Below are positions 26,485-38,015 of a stretch of 64,000 bases of DNA, one piece after another. The stretch covers positions 48,746 to 112,745 of the forward strand of contig JBBTUT010000002.1 of the NCBI GenBank assembly GCA_038063615.1. The letters are read 5' to 3'. Both the position numbers and the translations under genes were made by a program. How positions within the stretch are numbered: the first letter of the stretch is position 1; every line of letters starts with the position of its first letter. This stretch comes from Patescibacteria group bacterium (lineage in GTDB: Bacteria > Patescibacteriota > Minisyncoccia > Phycocordibacterales > UBA1550). Below the pieces are notes generated by a model. It did not search any database. It was not told the origin of the DNA and worked only from the letters and a program-made list of their open reading frames with translations.

Positions 26485-27519
26485 ATGAAAAAAGCACTCA
26501 TCACCGGCATCACGGGGCAAGACGGTTCATATCTCGCGGAACTTCTCCTTGAAAAAGGATATGAAGTTCACGGTATAATCAGACGCGCAAGTACATTCAA
26601 TACCTCACGCATCGATCATCTTTATCAAGATCCCCACATCAAGGGCGTAAAATTATTCCTACACTATGGAGATCTCTCCGACGGAAGCAACATCAACAGA
26701 CTTCTCACGCAAATAAAACCGGACGAAATTTATCATCTCGGCGCTCAAAGTCATGTGCGCGTAAGTTTTGATATACCGGAATATACCGGCGATGTAACGG
26801 GGCTCGGAACACTCCGCATCCTTGACGCAATTCAAGAAACGGGAATCAAAACAAAATTTTACCAGGCATCATCAAGCGAAATGTTTGGAAAAGCGCTTGA
26901 GATCCCCCTCAAAGAAACCACACCATTTTATCCTCGCTCGCCATACGGCTGCGCAAAAGTATATGCGTACTGGATAGCAAAAAATTACCGTGAATCCTAC
27001 GGTGTTTTTGCCTCGAACGGCATACTTTTTAACCATGAGTCCCCTCGTCGCGGAGAAACATTTGTGACTCGTAAGATCACGCGAGGACTCGCGCGTATCA
27101 AACTCGGCAAGGAGGAAAAACTTTATCTTGGGAACCTCGATGCAAAAAGAGACTGGGGGTATGCAAAAGACTATGTGTATGGGATGTGGCTGATGCTCCA
27201 ACACACAGAGCCGGATGATTTCATTCTCGCCACAAACGAAACGCACAGTGTTCGTGAATTCATCGAAGAAGCATGCAAGCATCTTGGTTTTGAACTTAAA
27301 TGGAAAGGAGAGGGTGTAAATGAAAAAGGTATCGATAAAAAATCAGGAAAAACTATCGTAGAAATTGACGCAAAATACTTTAGGCCTGCCGAAGTTGATA
27401 TTCTCCTTGGGGACTACTCAAAAGCAAAAAATAAGCTCGGGTGGGAACCAGAAACAAAATTCAAGGAGCTGGTGAAACTTATGGCTGAAGAAGATCTTAA
27501 AAATGAACAAAAATTCTAA
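26485..27519 (+). CDS. gmd: GDP-mannose 4,6-dehydratase
   Basis: [34 protein letters not shown]...[10 protein letters not shown] match Gmd over the full length. Confidence 0.95.
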   Translation: MKKALITGITGQDGSYLAELLLEKGYEVHGIIRRASTFNTSRIDHLYQDPHIKGVKLFLHYGDLSDGSNINRLLTQIKPDEIYHLGAQSHVRVSFDIPEYTGDVTGLGTLRILDAIQETGIKTKFYQASSSEMFGKALEIPLKETTPFYPRSPYGCAKVYAYWIAKNYRESYGVFASNGILFNHESPRRGETFVTRKITRGLARIKLGKEEKLYLGNLDAKRDWGYAKDYVYGMWLMLQHTEPDDFILATNETHSVREFIEEACKHLGFELKWKGEGVNEKGIDKKSGKTIVEIDAKYFRPAEVDILLGDYSKAKNKLGWEPETKFKELVKLMAEEDLKNEQKF

Positions 27520-28435
27520 AATTTTTGTTGCAGGGCATCGCGGGCTTGTTGGCTCCGCTATTGTACGCGTGCTCCAAAAAAATGGCTTCACGAACCTCGT
27601 TCTCAAAACACACAAGGACATGGACCTCACCGACCAACACGCGGTCACTGAATTTTTTGCAGAAGAGAAACCTGAGTATGTTTTTCTTTCCGCGGCAAAA
27701 GTGGGCGGTATTATGGCAAACAAAACTATGCCTGCCGACTTTGCCTATAACAATCTCGCAATCCAGACAAACATCATCCATAGCGCCTACATACACAAAG
27801 TAAAAAAGTTGTTATTTCTCGGAAGCTCCTGCATCTATCCAAAACTCTGCCCACAGCCGATAAAAGAGGAATATCTTTTATCCGGAGAACTTGAGTCATC
27901 GAACAAAGCGTATGCAATAGCAAAAATAGCGGGCATCATTATGTGCCAATCCTACAACGAACAATACGGCACAAATTTCATTTCATTGATGCCGACCAAC
28001 CTCTATGGACCCCACGATAACTTCGATCTCGAAAACTCGCATGTCCTCCCTGCGATGATTCGAAAATTCCACGAGGCAAAAGTTAACGATGCACCAAGTG
28101 TTACTTTATGGGGCACAGGAAGCGCGAAGCGCGAGTTTCTCCATGTGGACGACCTCGCGGAAGCAAGTTTATTCTTGATGCAGAATTACAACGACTCCTC
28201 CATTATCAATGTCGGCACTGGCGAAGATGTGACTATTAAAGAACTCGCGGAAAAAATAAAAGAAGTTGTTGGATACAGGGGTGAAATCATTTGGGATATC
28301 ACCAAGCCCGACGGCACCCCAAGAAAACTCCTTGATGTCAGCAAGCTTCATACACTTGGATGGGGACACTCTATATCGCTCAATGATGGTATCTCCTCGA
28401 CATATAAATGGTTTAAGGAAAACCATAAATACTAA
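27503..28435 (+). CDS. fcl: GDP-L-fucose synthase (GDP-4-keto-6-deoxymannose 3,5-epimerase/4-reductase)
   Basis: [16 protein letters not shown]...[10 protein letters not shown]...YAIAKIAGI are Fcl/WcaG motifs. Confidence 0.9.
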   Translation: MNKNSKIFVAGHRGLVGSAIVRVLQKNGFTNLVLKTHKDMDLTDQHAVTEFFAEEKPEYVFLSAAKVGGIMANKTMPADFAYNNLAIQTNIIHSAYIHKVKKLLFLGSSCIYPKLCPQPIKEEYLLSGELESSNKAYAIAKIAGIIMCQSYNEQYGTNFISLMPTNLYGPHDNFDLENSHVLPAMIRKFHEAKVNDAPSVTLWGTGSAKREFLHVDDLAEASLFLMQNYNDSSIINVGTGEDVTIKELAEKIKEVVGYRGEIIWDITKPDGTPRKLLDVSKLHTLGWGHSISLNDGISSTYKWFKENHKY

Positions 28436-29298
28436 ATCCTAACCCACCCTTCTGGAATTATATTTGGCTGCGGGTCTGGCTCCTTATTCACCCATTTCTT
28501 TGGCGCAATAACTATTTTGTTTGGATTTTGATTGAGGTATGCACCCCACCATGAAAAAGAGGAGTTTGCGATAATATTGTGGGCGCACGAGGACATGAGA
28601 ACTAACTCTTCGTAATCCTGAAGGGTTGGATTTGAAACATACCTAAAATCAGAATGTTCGCCAAATTCTTTTTTGACCCAGTCGATATCGTCAGAAAAAA
28701 AGTAAAAGACCGGTGATTCTACTTTTGCCTTAATCAGATTGATGGTCTTTTCATAATACTCCTTGGAACAAAGTCCATGAGCGATATTGGTTTTGGGGTC
28801 GCTCACATAATCTCCCCGTCGAATATGCACCGAGACGCTCCTTGTTTTATCAATCTTATTTTTCTCCGTGAGAAAGACCTCAGATTCAAGTTCTTTTTTG
28901 AGAGCAAACTCTTTGAAAACTTTATCTTTAACATCTATGAAGTTTTTCTCTGACTGAAAGTACCCTTCAATATAGTTATGGCTTTTCTTAAAAAAGTTTG
29001 GGTCATAATCCACATAATACCTCTTTAAAATCCTAAAGTTAAAAAACCTCATAGCTTTTGAAAAAATCCCGAAGGGATACTTATAGGACTTGACCTCATC
29101 CGGAGTCGCAATAACTGCCGAAAGATTAAATGGGAACATTCTGTACTGCCGTGGCGTATCGGCTGTTACATAACGAGGATCATCATACCCAGTAATATCA
29201 AGTTTTAGCGTTTGACTACACACCGAAACAACCTCAAGCCCAGTGGCGTACTGAAACATCTGGTTCCCTAACCCGCCTTTTAATTTAACGACAATCAT
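28432..29298 (-). CDS. Alpha-1,2-fucosyltransferase (GT11). Start set at MIVVKLKGG.
   Basis: [11 protein letters not shown] and HIRRGDY, the GT11 motifs I and II. Confidence 0.8.
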   Translation of the reverse strand: MIVVKLKGGLGNQMFQYATGLEVVSVCSQTLKLDITGYDDPRYVTADTPRQYRMFPFNLSAVIATPDEVKSYKYPFGIFSKAMRFFNFRILKRYYVDYDPNFFKKSHNYIEGYFQSEKNFIDVKDKVFKEFALKKELESEVFLTEKNKIDKTRSVSVHIRRGDYVSDPKTNIAHGLCSKEYYEKTINLIKAKVESPVFYFFSDDIDWVKKEFGEHSDFRYVSNPTLQDYEELVLMSSCAHNIIANSSFSWWGAYLNQNPNKIVIAPKKWVNKEPDPQPNIIPEGWVRI

Positions 29299-29300
29299 AG

Positions 29301-30026
29301 TTATTTTTTGAACAAAAAACACCCACATGCGTAATTTTGAGATTGAACAAGTTTTGGGTCAGCGTGTTCAATAAAATCTCCCTGCTCGACTGTATCAGTA
29401 ATTAAAGAAAACTCAGCAAGTTTCAAATCTTGGAACATGCCCAAAACTTGGTCATAACTATAAATTCTATGCGCATTGAATTCTATTTTTGGCTTACCAA
29501 CAGGGACAACAAATAACAAGTAGCCACCAGAGGAAAGGACGCGGCTAAGCTCTTTAGTTGCTTTTATATCACCATCTGGATCGATTGCATCACCATACCT
29601 ACCAAGACCAACATGCTCAACAGTGTGCATACATGAAAGTGATTTCATTGAACTATCTGCAAATGGGAGATTCGTGAGGTCAGCCACACCACTTTCAATG
29701 CCGGAGAGTTTCAATTGTGCCGGCCGATAATCGTAAAATTTTATATGGACAAACGCGGACACGATGCTAGAAAAATAGAGTGATGAAGAAATATCAGTAT
29801 GAAACCCCGAGTTTATCTCCTTCACTTTTCGCGCCGCCCACGCTGTATGATAAACATAATGCCGATCAAACCCCGTTTTAACCGTTTTATCTTTTACTTG
29901 CGGGTAAAAATCCTCAAACGCCAAGCTGAAGCGACAGCTTTTATCCATACTCATAAACTGAAAGTAATCCCTTAAGACAAATGGTGTGAGAAATAAACGA
30001 ATTACTTTTTTAATTATTTTTTTCAT
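29301..30026 (-). CDS. DUF268-like putative SAM-dependent methyltransferase
   Basis: HTVEHVGLGRYGD..DPDGD resembles DUF268 methyltransferase-fold proteins. Confidence 0.35.
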   Translation of the reverse strand: MKKIIKKVIRLFLTPFVLRDYFQFMSMDKSCRFSLAFEDFYPQVKDKTVKTGFDRHYVYHTAWAARKVKEINSGFHTDISSSLYFSSIVSAFVHIKFYDYRPAQLKLSGIESGVADLTNLPFADSSMKSLSCMHTVEHVGLGRYGDAIDPDGDIKATKELSRVLSSGGYLLFVVPVGKPKIEFNAHRIYSYDQVLGMFQDLKLAEFSLITDTVEQGDFIEHADPKLVQSQNYACGCFLFKK

Positions 30027-30036
30027 ACAATAATAC

Positions 30037-31134
30037 TTATTCTACAATAGAAAGTAGAGCATCAATCTCTTTTTTAACATCTGCGACGCTTATATTTTTT
30101 ATACACGGAGCTGGCTCTCCTTTTGAGAGACCTTCTGCGCATTTCCATCCATCCCCTCTACACTTCATGTTGGGATTAAATACGATCCTATTTATATCTA
30201 GATTACCATAAGGAAAGAAGCGCCCAAAATGACCACCACCCATTATCGCAATTGATGGGGTCCCGACGGCAACGGCTAAGTGAAGCGTTCCTGTATCGTT
30301 TCCAAAATACAGCTTTGCACCAGCAAGCAAATGCGCGAGGGAAGGTAGACTTGTTCTACCTATAAGGTTGATAACCTTATCTCTGTGTTTCGATTGTTTC
30401 ATTATTTCTTCTCCGAGCAATTGTTCTTCCGTTGTCCCCGAAAGAACTACGGACAACCCTTTTTCTACTAAATAATCCACAATTTCAAACATTTTGTTCA
30501 ATTGCCACATCTTGTACGTCGCCCCAGCTCCAGGAACGACAGCAACATATTTTCCAGATTCTAAGGCATATTCTTTGTAAATTTGTTCATAGTGTTTCTT
30601 GTCCAGAAGAGAAACATCGATTGTTGGGAACAATGCCTCACATGGCTTGCCTACGACATTTGAAACAAAGGCCATATTTTTGTCTAGCTCATTTAGACTG
30701 TCCGGGATTGCAATTGTTTTAAAATCCAAGACTTTCGGTGCTCTTGTATCCTTCATTATGATGTCTCCAATTTTTTCACTGGTGTAAACAGGATAAATAG
30801 CGACATCAAATCCTTTCTGTGCAAGATTTTTTATAAATGCCCTTCGGTGCCAAAAATTTGTTCGAAATTTTTTCTGATCAAAAATAATTACATCATCTAT
30901 AAAGGGAAATAACGGAGTGAGCTCTGCGCATACACTATTCACTACTAAGCTAATGTCGTAATCTTTATAGTACTCACGATAATACTTTAGTGTTGGTATA
31001 AAAATTACAAAATCACCCAGTACATCTTTTCTGAAAATTAATACGCGTCTTTTTTTATGTATTTCTTGTCGAACAAACCGACACTCAAGTGCGATAAGAT
31101 TATCCATAATATTTTTTACAATTTGCCTCAACAT
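30037..31134 (-). CDS. Glycosyltransferase family 9 (heptosyltransferase-like)
   Basis: VLIFRKDVLGDFVIFIPTLKYY...AVVPGAG...LIGRTSL...FGNDTGTLHLAVAVGTPSIAIMGG, the GT9 pattern. Confidence 0.7.
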   Translation of the reverse strand: MLRQIVKNIMDNLIALECRFVRQEIHKKRRVLIFRKDVLGDFVIFIPTLKYYREYYKDYDISLVVNSVCAELTPLFPFIDDVIIFDQKKFRTNFWHRRAFIKNLAQKGFDVAIYPVYTSEKIGDIIMKDTRAPKVLDFKTIAIPDSLNELDKNMAFVSNVVGKPCEALFPTIDVSLLDKKHYEQIYKEYALESGKYVAVVPGAGATYKMWQLNKMFEIVDYLVEKGLSVVLSGTTEEQLLGEEIMKQSKHRDKVINLIGRTSLPSLAHLLAGAKLYFGNDTGTLHLAVAVGTPSIAIMGGGHFGRFFPYGNLDINRIVFNPNMKCRGDGWKCAEGLSKGEPAPCIKNISVADVKKEIDALLSIVE

Positions 31135-31135
31135 A

Positions 31136-31912
31136 TTATGTGTTCTCTTGATTTACAAGCATCACATTGTCCGAAACTGTTTTACTCTTGAGTAATTTTC
31201 GCACTATCAAATCAACCTGAACAGTGGTCAATGAAAGCAACAATTTAAAAAGCCAATTAGTAATTATCTTCTTCGTAAATAAATGGAGGTTTGCACCATC
31301 ACTATATATATTCACATTATATTTATTAGCAATATATTCAAGAGTTTTTAATGAATAAAAGGAGACATGCTGTCCGTGGTTTAAACCATAATATTCCCAA
31401 TCATCTGATGGTGCCTCTTTCCCTGAAAACAAAACGGTTGAAAAGAATATATTCGGAGAAATGGAAAATATTTTACCAATTTCATTTTTCGGATCTGCGA
31501 GATGTTCGAAGCATTCAAAACATGTCACTGCTTCAATTTTTTGATTGTTATATTCAAGCCCTTTCATAAACAAATTCGGTGTGTATGCGTCATCAGTCAG
31601 GAAATCCAGACCGTAGTCGCGCATCAGGCGCGCGAGCATCCCGTATCCACCGGCAAAATCAAGGAAGGTCGCTTTCGTGTTAAAAAGGAATAAAAAAAGT
31701 ACCAGAGTTTTGCGAGATAAATACACATTGCGCAACACATATCCCGTATCGGTTGTGTTTATCGGTTCTTTGTAGGCCTCACTAAGCCATATTGGGCTAC
31801 CAACAAACATAAACCCACACTCATCGCATAAATAATACTCGGCATTGTAAACACCCCTTACCTTCAAGGTTTTTACAAGAATTGCTTCAGATTGGCAGAT
31901 CTTACATTTCAT
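31136..31912 (-). CDS. SAM-dependent methyltransferase with N-terminal CxxC...CxxC zinc ribbon
   Basis: MKCKICQS...CDECG, then FLDFAGGYGMLAR motif I. Confidence 0.45.
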   Translation of the reverse strand: MKCKICQSEAILVKTLKVRGVYNAEYYLCDECGFMFVGSPIWLSEAYKEPINTTDTGYVLRNVYLSRKTLVLFLFLFNTKATFLDFAGGYGMLARLMRDYGLDFLTDDAYTPNLFMKGLEYNNQKIEAVTCFECFEHLADPKNEIGKIFSISPNIFFSTVLFSGKEAPSDDWEYYGLNHGQHVSFYSLKTLEYIANKYNVNIYSDGANLHLFTKKIITNWLFKLLLSLTTVQVDLIVRKLLKSKTVSDNVMLVNQENT

Positions 31913-31923
31913 AAGTTATGAAT

Positions 31924-32874
31924 TCAATTTAACACAAACTGTAGCTTTCTCAATATTCTCACAAAAACGGTTTTAACAAGTAAAGAACTATAATTTGTAT
32001 CCGCCTCTTCATTTACCACAATCGAAGCTGGGTGAACAATTGTTCCAATCTTGCCAGTCGGTATTTCACTAAAGATACCATCTAACTTCTTCGTATGCGT
32101 GGCATTTTCATCAAAACCAATATTTGATACTAGATTTACATTTGGAAGAATAACTACACCATTGTTGTTATATACAGAATAGACCCATTGCCCATCCCAT
32201 GTATCAATTTTATTATCATAAAGTCTATCAAAAAGATTAAGCCAGTATTTTTGAACCCTCTTATCTTCAAATATTTGTGCAATACGATTCCTCTTTTTGA
32301 ATTCCGGGTAGGTTTTCATATCAATATCATATTCCCTCCATGCTCTCCGCCATGTCGCCCACCCCCAAATATGTGGAAAATTTGAAAAGTAATAGCTCGC
32401 ATCTCCGTATTTTTTACCAAATTGGAAATTATCACCCGAAATCATTTTTACTTTATCGATATTTCTGTATTTACCCAGCAACTCTTGACAGAAAGAGAAG
32501 AAGGACTGATCAGGCAAGCAATCATCCTCTAAAACAATCCCCTCTTCAACATTATCAAAAAACCATGTGATAGCGCTTGATACCCCTTTTTTGCAACCTA
32601 AATTTTGGTCAGAATATTTTCTATGCACTTCGCATGCCCAATCAATATTCTCTGTTACCATTCTTGTATCTTCGCAGAGCTTTGATTCATCTTCTCTGTT
32701 CATCCTTGGCCCATCGGTGGCAATATACAATTTTGAAGGTTTAATTTTTCGTATAACTTCAAAAACCCGCTTAGTCGTATCGGGCCGATTAAAAACTACA
32801 AAAAGAATTGGCACGGGAAATAAGCTTATATCTTTATTTGCAGACAAATCTTGTATTGTGTAAGTATCATCCAT
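31924..32874 (-). CDS. GT-A-fold putative glycosyltransferase, paralog A (same family as 38830..39795)
   Basis: ILFVVFNRPDTTKR...YIATDGP...HIWGWATWRRAW. The paralog shares GGGWGTWKNRW and VAIFVYNRLDNT. Confidence 0.4.
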   Translation of the reverse strand: MDDTYTIQDLSANKDISLFPVPILFVVFNRPDTTKRVFEVIRKIKPSKLYIATDGPRMNREDESKLCEDTRMVTENIDWACEVHRKYSDQNLGCKKGVSSAITWFFDNVEEGIVLEDDCLPDQSFFSFCQELLGKYRNIDKVKMISGDNFQFGKKYGDASYYFSNFPHIWGWATWRRAWREYDIDMKTYPEFKKRNRIAQIFEDKRVQKYWLNLFDRLYDNKIDTWDGQWVYSVYNNNGVVILPNVNLVSNIGFDENATHTKKLDGIFSEIPTGKIGTIVHPASIVVNEEADTNYSSLLVKTVFVRILRKLQFVLN

Positions 32875-32890
32875 AAAAATAAATCCTTAT

Positions 32891-33862
32891 CTATTTCCTT
32901 TTACAAAATAAATAATAATTATCTTTTACATACTCTGTCTCTTCGTCATAAATCTTGTCATATATTTCTGTAACATTTTTTATATCTTCTGCAAAAGCGA
33001 ATGTATCTGCTGATTTCTGATATGCAAGAAGTAGGTATTTTGCCTTGAAGTAATCAATACTCTTTACATAGCTTTGCATAGCTTCATTTGACTCTGAGAG
33101 TGCCCAAGTGCTTATAAATAGATCAACACCGCTTATTATCTTGCTTATTTCACCAAAAATCTTTTTGTTTAAAGGGATGACATTTATTGAGCCCTTTTTA
33201 ATATAAATTTTATTATTATGCACAATATGAACTGCTTCCCTCCCGAATATTGTCTTTAAATACACTGCTTGTATGTATGAAAAGATAGGGATATCAATTA
33301 TAATATATGTTGATTCCTTATTCATTTTTTTATATATCTTGGACATATTGCCATAACCACCACCAACTTCAACCACAGTATTGATGTTCGATGAATTAGT
33401 TTCAGTTTCTTTAAAAAACTTAATCAGGTGATACAGATGATGGATATTATTTCCTGATGTAACATACCCAATATCATTTAGAAGAGGTTTGCCAATATTA
33501 TATTCACGAAGGATTTCTTTTGCCTTGTTTCTTGTTAAATATGTAGAAATAAGTTCCTTCTGGATATTTTTCCACTCACTATGTGTATACATGAACATAG
33601 TTGCTTTAATAACTTGATGGTTTAAAAATGAAAATGAAAAGTTATTTGAAAAATATTTTTCAATTTCAAGCATATTTTTGTTCCACTGAGGTACAATAAA
33701 CTCCGAGAAATCATAATTATCTTTATTAACTAAATATAAATTTTTCATTTCAGAATAAATTACCTCAAAATCTTTTTTACTAATACGCCTCTCGAATGGT
33801 GCCGTGAGAACAGAATAAGAATATCGATATATTTTAGAAATGATTTGCTTTACTTTTTGCAT
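32891..33862 (-). CDS. Class I SAM-dependent methyltransferase (putative sugar O-methyltransferase), very AT-rich
   Basis: VVEVGGGYGNMSKIY motif I. Confidence 0.45.
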   Translation of the reverse strand: MQKVKQIISKIYRYSYSVLTAPFERRISKKDFEVIYSEMKNLYLVNKDNYDFSEFIVPQWNKNMLEIEKYFSNNFSFSFLNHQVIKATMFMYTHSEWKNIQKELISTYLTRNKAKEILREYNIGKPLLNDIGYVTSGNNIHHLYHLIKFFKETETNSSNINTVVEVGGGYGNMSKIYKKMNKESTYIIIDIPIFSYIQAVYLKTIFGREAVHIVHNNKIYIKKGSINVIPLNKKIFGEISKIISGVDLFISTWALSESNEAMQSYVKSIDYFKAKYLLLAYQKSADTFAFAEDIKNVTEIYDKIYDEETEYVKDNYYLFCKRK

Positions 33863-34812
33863 AATATTTTTTTAAGTTTATACTTGATTCTTAAATAGTA
33901 ACCCTTGGTGCTGTTTCTTTTAATATATGTCGGTTTCGAAAATTTTATTTGTAAGGGTGGATATATTTTCCCAAAAGTGCTTTCATAGTTTGATATTAAA
34001 ATATTATCTCTGTTTATTAATTCATCCATAATATTTTTAGTGAAGTCGCTGCAGTCAAATGTGCATATAAAAGAAAGAGTTTCATTATTAAAAATATAAT
34101 AGTGCTCTAGGAAAATATCTCTCCAATTATAATTCATTTTACCATTATTATATTCTCTCATAAAATATGATTCGTTGAAGTGTATGCGATGTAAGTATTC
34201 AGAATCTGGGCAGGTATAAGCACTTAGTCCAGCACATAAGAATCTCCAAGCAAACCCTTGTGTGTCATAACCATGCGAAGTTGGATAACCACCCGTTTTG
34301 TTGAATGCACTTTTGGTATACAAAAAATTTACATAAAGCGGAGAAAAATTTTTATTTTTTGAAAGTAAAGATGCAAGTTGTATTTTCCCCCCAGGATAAG
34401 GAGATTTTTCTATGTGATGTATATTGTGAATATTATTACCACTGAACTTAACCGATCTATCTATGGTTACCCCATCACATCTTTTTTCTTTCAAAAATTT
34501 TATCATTTTTGAAAGTGTTCCATCTGGCAACACATCATCGCTATCAAGACAAAAGATAACATCCCCTTCGGCACTAGATATGGCGGTGTTGCGAGCGGCC
34601 CCACCACCAAGATTTTTATCGTGCCAAAAATACTTTATGGAGGAATTTTTTTTTGCCAATTCAACAATCAATTTTCGTGTATTGTCGGTCGAACCATCAT
34701 CAACAAGCACTACCTCAAAAGGAATATCTAAATCCTGCCTGTAAGCTGAAGCAACTGCTTCCTCAAGCGTTCTTACGCAATTATAACAAGGGATGATGAT
34801 GGAGAGTTTCAT
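33850..34812 (-). CDS. Family-2 glycosyltransferase. Start set at MKLSIIIPCYN.
   Basis: SIIIPCYNCVRTLEEAVASAYRQ...VVLVDDGSTDNT...CLDSDD. Confidence 0.8.
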   Translation of the reverse strand: MKLSIIIPCYNCVRTLEEAVASAYRQDLDIPFEVVLVDDGSTDNTRKLIVELAKKNSSIKYFWHDKNLGGGAARNTAISSAEGDVIFCLDSDDVLPDGTLSKMIKFLKEKRCDGVTIDRSVKFSGNNIHNIHHIEKSPYPGGKIQLASLLSKNKNFSPLYVNFLYTKSAFNKTGGYPTSHGYDTQGFAWRFLCAGLSAYTCPDSEYLHRIHFNESYFMREYNNGKMNYNWRDIFLEHYYIFNNETLSFICTFDCSDFTKNIMDELINRDNILISNYESTFGKIYPPLQIKFSKPTYIKRNSTKGYYLRIKYKLKKILCKK

Positions 34813-34823
34813 TTTTAAAGTGG

Positions 34824-35720
34824 TTACAAAAACATCCAATTTGCAGGGATATAATCTGTCGATGGAAGATTGGGGCAAGAATGGTGTGATTTTGGAGAAA
34901 AAACAATTTGCCCTTCTTTTTTGCCGAGCCAAGCACCCCACCAACTGAAAGTACTATTACCGAGAATATGATGCTTGCAGTGAGTCATGAGCCTCATGTC
35001 CTCATGGTTTTTTTTATCACCATTGTGCGAAACATAAATAGTTGGATATTTTAACTTTAAATTATTGCGCGCCCATTCTGGATCATCGGAAAAAACATAA
35101 AAAATGGGATCTTTTATTTTTAAGGCAATTTCCATTACTGCGCGGTGATAATATTCCAGCGGAAGAACCCCATTGATCATCTTTGTATTATCTCCATGAC
35201 GAACATGGAGACTGACTGAATTGCTTCCATCTATATCTTTTATCATTCGGCTGTTTATTTCATCAGGGACCTCTTTGAAAGAAAGTTCTTTTCTTATGAT
35301 ATTTTCAATATTTTTGAAATATTTCTCTGACTGCCAGTATCCTTCAACATAGACATCATTTTGTTGCTTTGTCGCCAAGATACATGGATCAAATTTAAAA
35401 TAATTTTTTTCCGGTTCTAAAATATATTTTCTCTTATAATAAGAATCTGGCTTACTGTAGAAACGAATGAGGTGTCTAAAAATTTTATTTTTAAGCAGAA
35501 AATTAAACTTAACCATGTCTTCTTTTGATGCCTGCTTTGCTGTAATATTGAAATTATCAAGACCGCAGACCCTAACCCCACGAATTGGATCTGGCTCAAT
35601 TTCCTTGTATCCAGAAATATCGACCTTGTGTTCTGTTTTATTAAGTACCGCTAAGTGGCACCCAAATGCGTATTGGAATAATTGATTTCCTAGCCCAGCA
35701 CTTATGTTGCTTATGATCAT
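34824..35720 (-). CDS. Alpha-1,2-fucosyltransferase (GT11), second copy
   Basis: AGLGNQLFQYA and HVRHGDN, the GT11 motifs. Confidence 0.8.
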   Translation of the reverse strand: MIISNISAGLGNQLFQYAFGCHLAVLNKTEHKVDISGYKEIEPDPIRGVRVCGLDNFNITAKQASKEDMVKFNFLLKNKIFRHLIRFYSKPDSYYKRKYILEPEKNYFKFDPCILATKQQNDVYVEGYWQSEKYFKNIENIIRKELSFKEVPDEINSRMIKDIDGSNSVSLHVRHGDNTKMINGVLPLEYYHRAVMEIALKIKDPIFYVFSDDPEWARNNLKLKYPTIYVSHNGDKKNHEDMRLMTHCKHHILGNSTFSWWGAWLGKKEGQIVFSPKSHHSCPNLPSTDYIPANWMFL

Positions 35721-35725
35721 GAATA

Positions 35726-36364
35726 CTAGTTAGATTCAATCACCATAATATCTCTTTCTATTTTAAATGAAAGATAACTATAATTAGCCACCAAATCTTG
35801 GATTTGTTTTACGGTTGGATAATCATGTGTCCCATCAAAACATCTAGCATCGTCGATTAAAATAATATCTTTTGCATTTTTTCTCGAAAAAATCGTGAGT
35901 AATTCTTTTATAACCGGCGTTTCTACCTCCCCTTTCGCGGTACCTTCGCCGGAATAATGAGCATCGAGCCAGAACAAAGCTGGCTCACTAATTGTGGGCA
36001 ATATTTCTATAAGTTTTTCTCCGCTGTCACCATGTATTAAGGTGACATTTTTATAATTAGCAAAATTATTTTTTGCATTTTCAAACAAAAAGTTGTCGAG
36101 CTCTATTGATACAATCTTAGAAAAGATATTTTTTACAGCGTTTATCATCAACCCCCCAGCTGTGCCAGTTTCTATAAAAGTTTTTAATTTGTTTTTTTTA
36201 CCAAACCTTCTAACGATTTTTTGTTTAATTAAATCTGGAGGAGGAACCGGCTGGCCTTCAAGAGACCATCTTAGTACAGCTTTTTCGTCCCGGATTCTTT
36301 TGATTATAGATTGTGGGATTATTTTTTTAAAAAATGCTTTTATTTTTTTATTCATATTTTTCAA
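35726..36364 (-). CDS. Class I SAM-dependent methyltransferase (TylF/MycF-like O-methyltransferase fold)
   Basis: FIETGTAGGLMINA motif I and ILIDDAR. Confidence 0.45.
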   Translation of the reverse strand: MKNMNKKIKAFFKKIIPQSIIKRIRDEKAVLRWSLEGQPVPPPDLIKQKIVRRFGKKNKLKTFIETGTAGGLMINAVKNIFSKIVSIELDNFLFENAKNNFANYKNVTLIHGDSGEKLIEILPTISEPALFWLDAHYSGEGTAKGEVETPVIKELLTIFSRKNAKDIILIDDARCFDGTHDYPTVKQIQDLVANYSYLSFKIERDIMVIESN

Positions 36365-36412
36365 GTTAATTTAAAGCCCTTATTCAAGAATAACGCCTAT
36401 TTTCCATGATAC

Positions 36413-37270
36413 TTAAAAAGTGCCATTTCTGCAAATTATTTTCTTAGAAAGGTCAAAAACCGTGCATTCTCGAATATTAATCCTTGGAATGCCTAAACTA
36501 TTTTTTGTCTTCTTTGCGAGTTTTTGCGTGTTTGAATACGCAAAATCAAAACCGGCCTGCTCAACTATTTCTTTTGAAAAATTATTAAAATCATAGATTC
36601 CACCAAAAGGATAGGCAAAACTTCTTACTTTTTCTCCAATTATATATTCAAGTGTAAGCTTGCTTTTTAAAATTTCTTTTTTCTGTTCTTCTGGGGTTGC
36701 GCTCGCAAGCCTTTGGTGTGTTTCTGTATGAGCGCCTATTTCTATCAATGGGTGTTCATAGAGTGATTTTATTTCTGTTTCACTTAAAAAAACTGCTCGG
36801 TCAGATTCTTTATATTTCATATCCCATTCAAACGATGCTTTTCTCCCGAGTGCGCCAGTTGTTATGAATATTGTTGCTGGTATATTATATTTTTCAAGTA
36901 AAGGAAGGGCATTGATTATGTTGTCGCGGTATCCATCATCAAAAGTAACCGCGGCCTCATTCCCTTTAAGTGTTCCCGCTATGAGTAGCCCGCTTAATTC
37001 TGAAAGAGGTATAATATTGTAATGTTTTTTGAGGAACTGTAGGTGATTTTCAAAACACACAGGTGTCACACATAGCATAAGTGGATCAGCAGATGTTGTC
37101 GAGATACGATGGTAAAGTAAAATTGGCGCGGTCTTGTAAAAAGTTTTATAAAATATATTAGCGATTTTTGCCTGAGTATGTAGTAGCAGAAAAAATAAAC
37201 GATGCATCGATACATAAAGACCGGTTGCTTCAAAAAAGGGTTTTATATAAATCTTTAAAATTCTTTTCAC
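36413..37270 (-). CDS. Polysaccharide deacetylase (NodB / CE4)
   Basis: AAVTFDDGYRDN...ATIFITTG...EIGAHTETHQRL, the CE4 motifs. Confidence 0.75.
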   Translation of the reverse strand: MKRILKIYIKPFFEATGLYVSMHRLFFLLLHTQAKIANIFYKTFYKTAPILLYHRISTTSADPLMLCVTPVCFENHLQFLKKHYNIIPLSELSGLLIAGTLKGNEAAVTFDDGYRDNIINALPLLEKYNIPATIFITTGALGRKASFEWDMKYKESDRAVFLSETEIKSLYEHPLIEIGAHTETHQRLASATPEEQKKEILKSKLTLEYIIGEKVRSFAYPFGGIYDFNNFSKEIVEQAGFDFAYSNTQKLAKKTKNSLGIPRINIRECTVFDLSKKIICRNGTF

Positions 37271-37992
37271 GGTTTTACTGCTTTAACTGTTATAATTAAC
37301 GGAAAATTTGGATCATTTTTCCCAAGTATCCTGCTCGAAGTATCCTCTTGCGCAAGACCCGCATAAAAATATATTCCCGAACGAGCGTTTCCATAGGTGG
37401 AGATGTTCAATTGTTTGGAGCTAAATTTTTTTTCAAATAGATACTTCGCTGACGCCTCAGTAAATCTCCAATAATCACCCTCAACACCCGAAACACAATC
37501 AATTCTACTTATGGAAGGCAATGTCACGAGAAGGACGCCACCGCTCTTAAGTATTCGGTGGCACTCAGAAATCCCCGCATCAACATTATCAATAAACTGA
37601 AATACCTGAGTAAGTATTATGCAGTCGTAAGAATTATCAGCTATTTTTTTAAGATGTCGCAAGTCATCGAAAATGTTTGCCATCTTGTTTTTTTCATCAA
37701 GATCCAAAACATCGCTTTTAACAACCTTCTCTTTCCCGTAGGTTGTGGTGTAGTTATTGTTTAACAGTTCGAGACATGTCCCATGGATGTCTTTCTGGTT
37801 TTGTTTAAGGAAATTCTCAATATAAAAACGGTCAATTGGTACTCCTCGGTCAAACCCATAGTAGTTGCTGAGTGGACCAGTTGTACTTCTGCAAAAATAG
37901 AATGCCGCAGGTTTTATTATTCGTCGCAGAAGTTTTCTTGTACTTTCAGAAAATGGAAGTTTTTTAATGATTTTTTTTAAATATGAGTACAT
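37267..37992 (-). CDS. Putative SAM-dependent methyltransferase
   Basis: HGTCLELLNNNY...DCIILTQVFQFIDN...LKSGGVLLVTLP, the Methyltransf_11/23-like pattern. Confidence 0.4.
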   Translation of the reverse strand: MYSYLKKIIKKLPFSESTRKLLRRIIKPAAFYFCRSTTGPLSNYYGFDRGVPIDRFYIENFLKQNQKDIHGTCLELLNNNYTTTYGKEKVVKSDVLDLDEKNKMANIFDDLRHLKKIADNSYDCIILTQVFQFIDNVDAGISECHRILKSGGVLLVTLPSISRIDCVSGVEGDYWRFTEASAKYLFEKKFSSKQLNISTYGNARSGIYFYAGLAQEDTSSRILGKNDPNFPLIITVKAVKP

Positions 37993-38015
37993 AATATTGA
38001 AAAGTTTATCACTTT